In this document: piece by piece, positions 8,667 through 15,356 of the stretch
How the letters are laid out: each line of letters begins with the position of its first letter
Numbering within the stretch: the first letter of the stretch is position 1
Virus record (IMG/VR): IMGVR_UViG_3300028326_000159
Span: 1 to 24,639 of that record
Origin: a virus
Lineage: Duplodnaviria > Caudoviricetes
Reading direction: 5' to 3' (one strand)
Length of the DNA: 24,639 nt
Position numbers and translations under genes: made by a program
The notes under the pieces: generated by a model
Seen by the model: only the letters and a program-made list of their open reading frames with translations
Database searches by the model: none
Told to the model about the DNA's origin: nothing

Positions 8667-8716
8667 GGTAGTGTATTAATCACTCTTTTCGGACTATATA
8701 GCAAGTCATTATAGCA
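8667..8716 (-). promoter_or_regulatory. Conserved bipartite motif copy 1 plus extended -10 element upstream of the amidoligase gene
   Basis: Minus strand TGcTATAAT (8716-8708) then GACTTGCTAT-N13-AGTGATTAATACACTACC (8707-8667). Confidence 0.7.
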
Positions 8717-8728
8717 CAAAAAATTACA

Positions 8729-8953
8729 TTATTTTTCTATTCTTCTAAGCTCATCTATGCCCCAGACGGCACCAAGCGATGAGCCACCGTTCCATGCCAC
8801 GTGCACGGTGCCGATGTCATCCACCTTTATGACCTTGCCGTGCGTTCCTTCAGGCGGGGCCTGAGCATCGTCCATGAGAATCAATTCAACCTCGCATCCC
8901 GCAGGATACTGTCTGCGCAGGCTTTCCAGCTCGGTCTTACTGATCATTCTCAT
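8729..8953 (-). CDS. DUF4314-like protein (about 74 aa)
   Basis: LRRQYPAGCEVELILMDD, PPEGTHG, VDDIGTVHVAWNGGSSL; GGAGG RBS before ATG 8953. Confidence 0.88.
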   Translation of the reverse strand: MRMISKTELESLRRQYPAGCEVELILMDDAQAPPEGTHGKVIKVDDIGTVHVAWNGGSSLGAVWGIDELRRIEK

Positions 8954-9392
8954 CGCTTTTGCCTCCAGCCTTTGCATCACGAAATGCAGAGCTTCCAGAG
9001 AGCTTGCCTAGGAGAATCTTCCGGTCAGCCTTGCTCTGTGGCCCTATCATCCCGAGACGGATGAGGAAACATCGGAATGCGTATTTCTCGTTCTCCGGTG
9101 TTTTCTCTTCCCTGATGTTCGTACGTTTCAAGGTTCTGGCCAGATTGCACAGCCCTGTGACGAACGCATTATATGCATGTACCGACTCTGGGCTGATTAC
9201 CTCATTGAGGGTGGGGAATTCTATCCCTTGCTCAGTCTCGGCAATCGTGGCATCCTCAGTCCCGAATGCATGGGCGATAAGAACCTTCTTTGACCTTACG
9301 ATTTCCTTGAGCCTTTCAATCTGGTTTTCATCCAGGCTCTCGCGTGGTATCACTACCTTGATTCCGATTGGCTCTTCTTTATGAACTGCCAT
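8937..9392 (-). CDS. Phage protein of the so-called virulence-related type; paralog of the amidoligase C-terminal region (about 151 aa)
   Basis: ENEKYAFRCFLIRLGMIG and RKILLGKLSGSSAFR; AGGAGGT RBS before ATG 9392. Confidence 0.8.
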   Translation of the reverse strand: MAVHKEEPIGIKVVIPRESLDENQIERLKEIVRSKKVLIAHAFGTEDATIAETEQGIEFPTLNEVISPESVHAYNAFVTGLCNLARTLKRTNIREEKTPENEKYAFRCFLIRLGMIGPQSKADRKILLGKLSGSSAFRDAKAGGKSDENDQ

Positions 9393-9407
9393 AAGCACCT
9401 CCTGCTT

Positions 9408-9448
9408 GGTACTGTATCAATTACTTATATGCAAAGTAATAGCAAGTC
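9408..9448 (-). promoter_or_regulatory. Conserved bipartite motif copy 2
   Basis: Minus strand GACTTGCTAT-N13-AGTAATTGATACAGTACC; 10/10 and 15/18 identity to the boxes of copy 1 with the same spacing. Confidence 0.7.
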
Positions 9449-9451
9449 TTT

Positions 9452-9793
9452 TCATAGCTGTTTCAGCACAATATCAAGCTGTCTCTTGTAAAGGTTCAGC
9501 TCATAGCGGAAAAGCGGAATCCTGTTCTCCCCATAGTCCAAGAGCTTATCTGCATCGCTTTCTGTGATGCAGTACAGCCCATCCTTGAAACTCCATGTCA
9601 GCTCCGGCATAGAGGGAATCTCAGGAAGAGAGGGTATCATGGCCTTGAGCACTTCTCGGTAGTCGGGAGCAGGCTCGATTGTCTCAGTGCTGGTGCAGCT
9701 TGTTAAGACGCTCAAGGCGAGAATCAGAATCACCAGGGCTGGGTGCCTCAAGCTGGACGGGCTTTTCTTCGCTCTTTGTTTCCTCGATTTCAT
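9452..9793 (-). CDS. Putative o-spanin (Rz1-like outer-membrane lipoprotein, 113 aa)
   Basis: Basic n-region, hydrophobic ALVILILALSVL, lipobox LTS-C33, Pro-rich mature part; AAGGAGGT RBS 5 nt upstream; overlaps the i-spanin candidate by 110 nt. Confidence 0.75.
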   Translation of the reverse strand: MKSRKQRAKKSPSSLRHPALVILILALSVLTSCTSTETIEPAPDYREVLKAMIPSLPEIPSMPELTWSFKDGLYCITESDADKLLDYGENRIPLFRYELNLYKRQLDIVLKQL

Positions 9794-9956
9794 CCTGCAC
9801 CTCCTTGATGGTTGCTATCTCTTCCTGTCGTTTTTCAGCAGTTGCCTTTGCCTCCTTGACCTCTGTTTTAAGAGTTTTGACCTGCTTGGTCTTATAGGAG
9901 GAAAAACCAAGCAGGCCCAAGACTGCAATCACCAAACCAATTATCAACTCAGTCAT
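9684..9956 (-). CDS. Putative i-spanin (Rz-like, 90 aa)
   Basis: Single N-terminal TM (LIIGLVIAVLGLLGF) followed by a charged coiled-coil; overlapped by a lipoprotein gene. Confidence 0.72.
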   Translation of the reverse strand: MTELIIGLVIAVLGLLGFSSYKTKQVKTLKTEVKEAKATAEKRQEEIATIKEVQDEIEETKSEEKPVQLEAPSPGDSDSRLERLNKLHQH

Positions 9957-10260
9957 CCAGCTTCTTCTCCAGGAGTTTCCTTACAACCGGTTTCCATAAT
10001 GCCATGCAGGCAGGAAGCTGAAGGATGTAAATCACTACCGTAAGAGCTGGAATCAGCCAGTATGAGAATCGAATCTCATCAGGAAGAGCAGAGTCGCTTA
10101 CTACGAAGAAATACACTGTGGCCAGAATGGCAGATAAAGCGAAGGCCACAAGACGGTTCTCTATAGCTCCAGCCTTGTCCTTACGAATGAGCTTCTTATA
10201 GAACTCCATCACAAGCCCTACAAACAGGGCAAATGCCAAAAGCACAAGCAAAAGTATCAT
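9949..10260 (-). CDS. Putative holin, three TM segments (103 aa)
   Basis: Three hydrophobic stretches and a charged C-terminus (VVRKLLEKKLDD); directly upstream of the spanin-like pair. Confidence 0.65.
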   Translation of the reverse strand: MILLLVLLAFALFVGLVMEFYKKLIRKDKAGAIENRLVAFALSAILATVYFFVVSDSALPDEIRFSYWLIPALTVVIYILQLPACMALWKPVVRKLLEKKLDD

Positions 10261-10565
10261 TCTTTCTTTCCTCCATCCTTTCCAAGAAGCGAGATGAAGT
10301 ATTTGTCCATCTTCTTTTCCTGCTCCTCGGACTCTCCGTTTATCTCATGAGTTCGAAGTGCCCTGAATATGACCCTGTCATTCTCCAGAGCCATTACCAG
10401 GCCTTCCTGAACCGTATCAAGCCGTTCATTGATTGCCACAAGTGTCTTGGCGGCATCGTCCTTTCCATCGGACCTCTTGGCATGGCGGTTCAGAATCCAG
10501 ATTCCAATCCCGCCCGAACTGAACAGGCAGACGAGCAGGGATAGTACAAAGGTTGTAAGGTCCAT
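10257..10565 (-). CDS. Single-TM coiled-coil membrane protein, holin/antiholin-like (102 aa)
   Basis: N-terminal TM followed by a helical soluble domain; coupled by TGATG and ATGA overlaps to both neighbours. Confidence 0.55.
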   Translation of the reverse strand: MDLTTFVLSLLVCLFSSGGIGIWILNRHAKRSDGKDDAAKTLVAINERLDTVQEGLVMALENDRVIFRALRTHEINGESEEQEKKMDKYFISLLGKDGGKKE

Positions 10566-11812
10566 CAGCTGGCCTCCTTGGGAAGGGAAGCCAGAAGCTC
10601 CTCGTAGCCATAGGTCAGCCCGTCACGAAGGACAGAGACCTTATCGGAAGAGCCCACCTGCTCGATGTAGCGCTTTACGATTACATCGCAATATTTCTCA
10701 TCCAGCTCAATGGTGTCGCACGACCTGTCGGTCTGCTCGCAGGCAATGAGCGTGCTGCCTGACCCTCCGAAGGGATCAAGGACAAGAGTGTTGCTCATCG
10801 AGGAGTTCATGATGGGATAGGCAAGAAGGGCTATCGGCTTCATGGTGGGATGGTCGCCATTCTTCTTGGGCTTGTCGAACTCCCAGATCGTGGTTTCCTT
10901 CCGACCGGTGTACCATTGGTGAGTGCCTTTCTTCTTCCATCCGAAGAGCACCGGCTCATGCTGCCACTGGTATGGCGAGCGACCAAGCACCAGCGACTGC
11001 TTCTTCCAGATGCATGTCCCGGACAGATAGAAACCTGCCTCGGAGAATGCCTTGCGGAAGTTCAGCCCCTCGGTATCGGCATGGAACACATAGATGGAGG
11101 CGTCGTCTGCCATGAAGCCTTCCATGTTGGAAAAGGCATCAAGCAGGAACTGATGGAATGCATCATCCTTAAGGTTGTCGTTCTTGATCTTGCCGGCCGA
11201 GCCCTTGTAGTCCACGTTGTATGGCGGGTCGGTCACGACCAGGTTTGCCTTGGTCCCGTTCATCAAAAGCTCGAAGGTTTCCTTCTTCGTGCTGTCCCCG
11301 CAGACCAGACGATGCCTGCCTAAGATCCAGAGGTCGCCTTGCCTTGAGATGCATGGGTTCTTGAGTTCGCCCTCCACATCAAAGTCGTCATCCTTGATCT
11401 TGTCCTTGAGCGAATCCTTGAAGAGGTCATCGATCTCTGCAGGCTCGAAGCCTGTCAGCGACACATCAAAGTCAGCACCCTGAAGGTCGGCTATCAGAAG
11501 GGCAAGCTTGTCCTTGTCCCATTCGCCGCTGATCTTGTTCAGCGCCACGTTCAGCGCCTTCTCATGCTCTTCATCCAATTCGACAACTACGCACTCAAGC
11601 TCGGTCTTGCCCAGATCCTTGAGGACCTTTATCCTCTGGTGTCCACCGACAACCCTGCCGGTAGTTCTGTTCCAAATCACGGGCTCGACATAGCCGAACT
11701 GCTCTACGGATTTCTTAAGCTTCTCGTACTCAGGATCCCCTGGCTTCAAGTCCTTGCGCGGGTTGTATTCGGCTGGAATCAGCTCATCGATTTTCTTCGT
11801 CTCAATAGTCAT
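10565..11812 (-). CDS. ParB-like N-terminal domain fused to a beta-class N6A/N4C DNA methyltransferase (about 415 aa)
   Basis: YNPRK, FGYVEPV, GGHQR (ParB/Srx); TDPPYN, HPTMKP, LDPFGGSGST (catalytic motif before SAM-binding motif); ATGA overlap fixes the start at 11812. Confidence 0.93.
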   Translation of the reverse strand: MTIETKKIDELIPAEYNPRKDLKPGDPEYEKLKKSVEQFGYVEPVIWNRTTGRVVGGHQRIKVLKDLGKTELECVVVELDEEHEKALNVALNKISGEWDKDKLALLIADLQGADFDVSLTGFEPAEIDDLFKDSLKDKIKDDDFDVEGELKNPCISRQGDLWILGRHRLVCGDSTKKETFELLMNGTKANLVVTDPPYNVDYKGSAGKIKNDNLKDDAFHQFLLDAFSNMEGFMADDASIYVFHADTEGLNFRKAFSEAGFYLSGTCIWKKQSLVLGRSPYQWQHEPVLFGWKKKGTHQWYTGRKETTIWEFDKPKKNGDHPTMKPIALLAYPIMNSSMSNTLVLDPFGGSGSTLIACEQTDRSCDTIELDEKYCDVIVKRYIEQVGSSDKVSVLRDGLTYGYEELLASLPKEAS

Positions 11813-12594
11813 CTTACCAACCCCCACTGTGCGAACTTCTCGAAGCCGCCGACATCCATGATGAAAGAGCGGGCTATCTCGACAATCTCCGCATAGGGAA
11901 GACCGTCAATCTCGGTATCCCCGATGGCACATGAAAGTTCGACTGGTTTTCCAGTGACCTGAGCCTTGAGCCATGCATAGATGTTCACCGACACATCGGC
12001 CTTGGACAGATCCTTCCCGTGAAGGCCACCGCCAGTAACCGAGTCAGCCATGTCGCTACCAAGCTTGCGGTTGGTGGCACCTGAATCCACATCAAGGCCT
12101 CCTGTCCAATAGCCCAGGGGATTCACCTCCGCCTTGGGGTAAAGCTCGTGCAACTCTTCGTTCGTGGCATGGCTCTGGCAGATGATCAGGCGCTCGCCAT
12201 CGAGGATGTACTTCCCGTCCGTCGGGAAATGCCTGAACAGGTCCTTTGCTATGTGTGTCATCTCAAGCTGCTCTGCGGTTACAGGCATGCCCTTGAAGAT
12301 GCCGTTGTCACCACAGCGAATCGTGTCCGACTGATTCTCTGCCAGGATGCTGTCCTGGGATACCAGATGGTAGTCGACCTTCATCACGCCAGCAATTCTT
12401 CCCACAACCTCGAGCACAGCTTCGGTCTCGATGCTCACAGAGGATTCCACGATGATATGGCATCTTCCGTGGCCCAGGAGAACCTCAACTGCGATTCTCG
12501 GGTTATCGGTTTTCTTATATGCGAGGTCCACGACGGCACCTGCAATCCTGTCAGCCACCTTGTCCGGGTGGCACGGGTTCACTTTCTCAAACAT
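11809..12594 (-). CDS. metK: Shortened phage S-adenosylmethionine synthetase (261 aa)
   Basis: EKVNPCHPDK, GDNG, DGK, VNPLG..GG...DSGATNRK, GGGLHGKDLSKAD match MetK signatures; GAAGGAG RBS before ATG 12594. Confidence 0.88.
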   Translation of the reverse strand: MFEKVNPCHPDKVADRIAGAVVDLAYKKTDNPRIAVEVLLGHGRCHIIVESSVSIETEAVLEVVGRIAGVMKVDYHLVSQDSILAENQSDTIRCGDNGIFKGMPVTAEQLEMTHIAKDLFRHFPTDGKYILDGERLIICQSHATNEELHELYPKAEVNPLGYWTGGLDVDSGATNRKLGSDMADSVTGGGLHGKDLSKADVSVNIYAWLKAQVTGKPVELSCAIGDTEIDGLPYAEIVEIARSFIMDVGGFEKFAQWGLVR

Positions 12595-14203
12595 TGCTTT
12601 CTCCTTCAGAAGAGCATCGGGCAATCCCGGCAAGCACGAACGCCACATTCGGCAGTGCCACGCCGTTGCCCCACATCTTGTATTCGGCTGCATCGGAGTG
12701 TGGGCTCCCCAGCCATTTGCGTATCGCAGAATCGGACTTGGCCTTTGCAGCCTTTCCTGCTATTCGGCCATGCGTCAGGAACACATCCCGCCAGAAGGCA
12801 ATCTCCTCATCCGATGGGTTCTCATTTCCAAGCCCATCGCACCACCAGTCAGGAAAGCCCTGAAGGCGTGCACACTCCGTGGGAGTGAGACGACGCACTA
12901 TGTACCTGAAAGGAGGCTCCACGGCATTGATCACAGGCGGATCCTTGTATTCGCTGGCAACCAGCGTCGGTGAGAGTTCCTTCTCGGCTTTGGTATGAAA
13001 CGAGTTCTTGCTGGTGCAGTACACAACAGCCATCCCTCCCTGGTTGCAGGAAGGATCCCCGCCATTGGCATCAAGCGTCCTGGTGGTCTCAGCTTCATAG
13101 AATCCGCTTTTGGGATTATCGGACTGCATCGCATGGCTGGCCTTCGAGCAGATGCCGAACACCGCAGGGGCGAAGAGCGTCTGGTCGTTGTTGCATGAGA
13201 GCGTGGCAGAGATGTCATCCTGAATGAGCGCACCCTTGCCTCCGCCTTCCTTTCCGCAGCGTATCTTCAGTGTCTTTGGAGTATCCAGGAGCAGTGGCAC
13301 ATTGTTGCCACCAGTTCCCATACGGCTCGTGAGTGTCTGACACACCGAGCTGTCCTCAATTTTGATCCTGCCATCCGTAGGATGGTTCTCAAGGACTATC
13401 GGCGGATAGTTTGCCTGAGCGCGGAGAGTCGAGGTCAGGCCATCGGTGATGTCCATGCGCTGCCCGCCCTGGTCGTTCAGGCAGATTTCGCCTGAGTCTC
13501 CAATGCCATTTGGAGCACAGCCGGGAGCATCTTGCCGCGTTCTGAAGCACGCCGGAGTATGCCAAGGCATGCCTTCCGGCTCAAACAGTACTTTGCCGGC
13601 ACTCCCGCCTGCAAGATCTGCGACAAGGTAGATGCGTTTCCTTCTCTGGGGCACTCCCCAGTACTGGGCATCCAGCACTCGCCAAGCGAGGGAGAAATCA
13701 TCCTCCACGACAAGTCCGGCTCCTGTCCATTTCGAAGGCTGAGGTACTGGCATATTTTGGTATCGGATGCCGATGACCTCCTCGATGACCGACTTGAAGT
13801 CCGCTCCGCCATTGGAGCTGAATGCCCCTGGGACATTCTCCCATACGATGTATCTTGGATATGCTCCATTGGTCTTCTCCCTCATCTCCCTGACGATTCG
13901 TATTGCCTGATGGAAAAGCGATGATTGCTTTCCCTCCAGCCCGGCTCTCTTGCCGGCAAGCGACATGTCGGTGCAGGGTGAACCGAATGTGATGATGTCG
14001 ACTGGCTCTATCTCAGAGCCCTTTATCTGCGAGATGTCCCCCAGGTGCTTCATGAAAGGAAGCCTCTTGGTCGTCACCCTTATCGGGAACGGCTCTATCT
14101 CGGATGCCCACACAGGGACTATCCCGTTCAGGAGCCCTCCCAGAGGAAAGCCTCCCGAGCCGTCGAAGAGGCTCCCGAGCGTTAAATGATCTGTGTTCTT
14201 CAT
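12587..14203 (-). CDS. DNA (cytosine-5) methyltransferase with a long modular variable region (538 aa)
   Basis: SLFDGSGG (I), GSPC (IV), WENV (VI), PQRRKR (VIII), RRLTPTECARLQGFPD (IX), WGNGV (X). Confidence 0.95.
   Translation of the reverse strand: MKNTDHLTLGSLFDGSGGFPLGGLLNGIVPVWASEIEPFPIRVTTKRLPFMKHLGDISQIKGSEIEPVDIITFGSPCTDMSLAGKRAGLEGKQSSLFHQAIRIVREMREKTNGAYPRYIVWENVPGAFSSNGGADFKSVIEEVIGIRYQNMPVPQPSKWTGAGLVVEDDFSLAWRVLDAQYWGVPQRRKRIYLVADLAGGSAGKVLFEPEGMPWHTPACFRTRQDAPGCAPNGIGDSGEICLNDQGGQRMDITDGLTSTLRAQANYPPIVLENHPTDGRIKIEDSSVCQTLTSRMGTGGNNVPLLLDTPKTLKIRCGKEGGGKGALIQDDISATLSCNNDQTLFAPAVFGICSKASHAMQSDNPKSGFYEAETTRTLDANGGDPSCNQGGMAVVYCTSKNSFHTKAEKELSPTLVASEYKDPPVINAVEPPFRYIVRRLTPTECARLQGFPDWWCDGLGNENPSDEEIAFWRDVFLTHGRIAGKAAKAKSDSAIRKWLGSPHSDAAEYKMWGNGVALPNVAFVLAGIARCSSEGESNV
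13477..13869 (-). CDS. Overprinted +1-frame ORF inside the C5 methyltransferase; candidate beta polypeptide (130 aa)
   Basis: Own RBS GAGGGAG 7 nt before ATG; protein-like C-terminus STLSQILQAGVPAKYCLSRKACLGILRRASERGKMLPAVLQMAL; arrangement like the M.EcoHK31I alpha/beta pair. Confidence 0.7.
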   Translation of the reverse strand: MEHIQDTSYGRMSQGHSAPMAERTSSRSSRRSSASDTKICQYLSLRNGQEPDLSWRMISPSLGECWMPSTGECPREGNASTLSQILQAGVPAKYCLSRKACLGILRRASERGKMLPAVLQMALETQAKSA

Positions 14204-14739
14204 CTGCCCCTCCGTGCAGTCAGCAGGCGTTCCATAAGGTCGTCCTGCGGGTTGGCTCCGCCATAGTTGCCGGAGCAGTTGTCCTTGACTATCTGGAATA
14301 TCTGGTACCAGATCTGATTGGTCTGCTTCATGAAGCTCTGGCTCATCGCCACATAGGGAGAGGCAATAGCAGCCCCCGTTGTCGGATGCTTTGCCAAGAA
14401 TCCATACTCAGAAACACATTCCTCGCATTGGATCCAGCGCGACACGCTCATCGCATACTGCTCGATGAGAGTCTGGCTGACCTGCTTCTCGCAGCCACGT
14501 TCCTTCAGCCATTTCCACGTGTTCCTGAAGACTTCCTCGGCACATAGGTCTTTGCCATTTTTCTGAGTGGCTTTCATGAAGTCTTTTATAGGCGGAACGT
14601 CTATGCCATCAAGCTGAGCAGGCTCCGGAAGGACTACAGCCTCGTCGGCCTTGCCTTCCTGTATCTTTTCAAACAATGGTTTGGGCTTACGGCCTGCTCC
14701 GGGCCGTGCTCCGCCCCGGTTAGTTCCATCCCTGGCCAT
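14200..14739 (-). CDS. terS: Terminase small subunit, P27 family (179 aa)
   Basis: RGGARPGAGRKPK N-terminus, KHPTTG..IASPYV, DDLMERLL; located after HNH and the cos-like gap. Confidence 0.9.
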   Translation of the reverse strand: MARDGTNRGGARPGAGRKPKPLFEKIQEGKADEAVVLPEPAQLDGIDVPPIKDFMKATQKNGKDLCAEEVFRNTWKWLKERGCEKQVSQTLIEQYAMSVSRWIQCEECVSEYGFLAKHPTTGAAIASPYVAMSQSFMKQTNQIWYQIFQIVKDNCSGNYGGANPQDDLMERLLTARRGR

Positions 14740-14775
14740 GAGTTATTTCCTTTTTTGATTTCCTTTGATTTCAGA

Positions 14776-14935
14776 GGGGTCAATACCCCGTTTGAATTGG
14801 AATTTTTGCGTGCGAGGGTTTTTGCCCGCAATTAACTTTATTTGCCGTAGAGATTTAGACCGCCTTCGGCATCGCAATCTGTATATTCATGCATTAATTC
14901 TGTACGCTTTCTTGTATGTTTATGCATATTATGCA
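14776..14935. other. Putative cos / packaging initiation region
   Basis: About 200-bp non-coding gap between HNH and terS, the usual cos position in HNH/P27 phages; minus strand GCGGGCAAAAACCCTCGCACGCAAAAA plus short inverted repeats. Confidence 0.55.
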
Positions 14936-14942
14936 CAAGCCT

Positions 14943-15299
14943 TCATTTTCCCCACCGTGAGCCATCGGAAGCATGAAGCCTTGAATGGCAGCTCTTGCAG
15001 AGCGCCATGAGGTTCTCTTCATCGTTGCTGCCACCCTCACGCACCGGCTTGATGTGATGCACCATCGTGGCAACTTTTGCGATGCCGTCCTTTCTGCACA
15101 TCTCGCAGAACGGATGCTCGTCAAGGAACAGCCTTCTGATGTGCCTCCAGTCCTTTCCATAGCGTTCATCGGTATGGGGGTCTCGCTGGTAGCGGTTGTA
15201 CTGCGCCATCGCAAGCCTTGCATGCTCCGGGCAGTATCTTCCCGAAGTGAGTCTCGGGCATCCCGGATAACTGCATGGCTTCTGTGGCTTGTATGGCAC
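14943..15299 (-). CDS. Packaging-associated HNH endonuclease (HK97 gp74-like, 118 aa)
   Basis: PCSYPGC..YCPEH zinc finger, CEMC, VHHIKP..GG...NLMALCKSCH. Confidence 0.93.
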   Translation of the reverse strand: MPYKPQKPCSYPGCPRLTSGRYCPEHARLAMAQYNRYQRDPHTDERYGKDWRHIRRLFLDEHPFCEMCRKDGIAKVATMVHHIKPVREGGSNDEENLMALCKSCHSRLHASDGSRWGK

Positions 15300-15323
15300 T
15301 TGCTATTCCTTTCGTCGCTGGAT

Positions 15324-15356
15324 AAAGAAAAACCTCCAAGGTCTTGCCCTGAAGGT
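15324..15356 (-). terminator. Terminator-like hairpin between the late activator gene and HNH
   Basis: Minus strand ACCTTCAGGG-CAAGA-CCTTGGAGGT followed by TTTTCTTT. Confidence 0.65.

Noticed and set aside
8937-9392. Reading the virulence-related or VapE labels as pathogenicity genes
   Set aside because: These are historical family names; the sequence shows an amidoligase paralog here and a primase-helicase at 18496-20856.
12595-12693. 33-aa N-terminal extension of MetK in the ORF track
   Set aside because: Overlaps the methyltransferase end; RBS and MetK homology begin at ATG 12594. Similar over-long track starts were trimmed for several other genes.
12148-12973. Plus-strand ORFs of 246 and 180 aa
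   Set aside because: Antisense to metK and the C5 methyltransferase; no protein-like features.
12931-13233. Second +1-frame ORF (100 aa) inside the methyltransferase
   Set aside because: Arg/Ser/Pro-rich shadow composition with no structured motif, unlike the 13477-13869 ORF.
14918-14940. Possible dif/Xer site
   Set aside because: Only a TTATG resemblance; spacing and the XerD arm do not match.
14894-15223. Alternative-frame ORF over the HNH gene
   Set aside because: No clear RBS, shadow-like composition and it runs into the cos-like gap.
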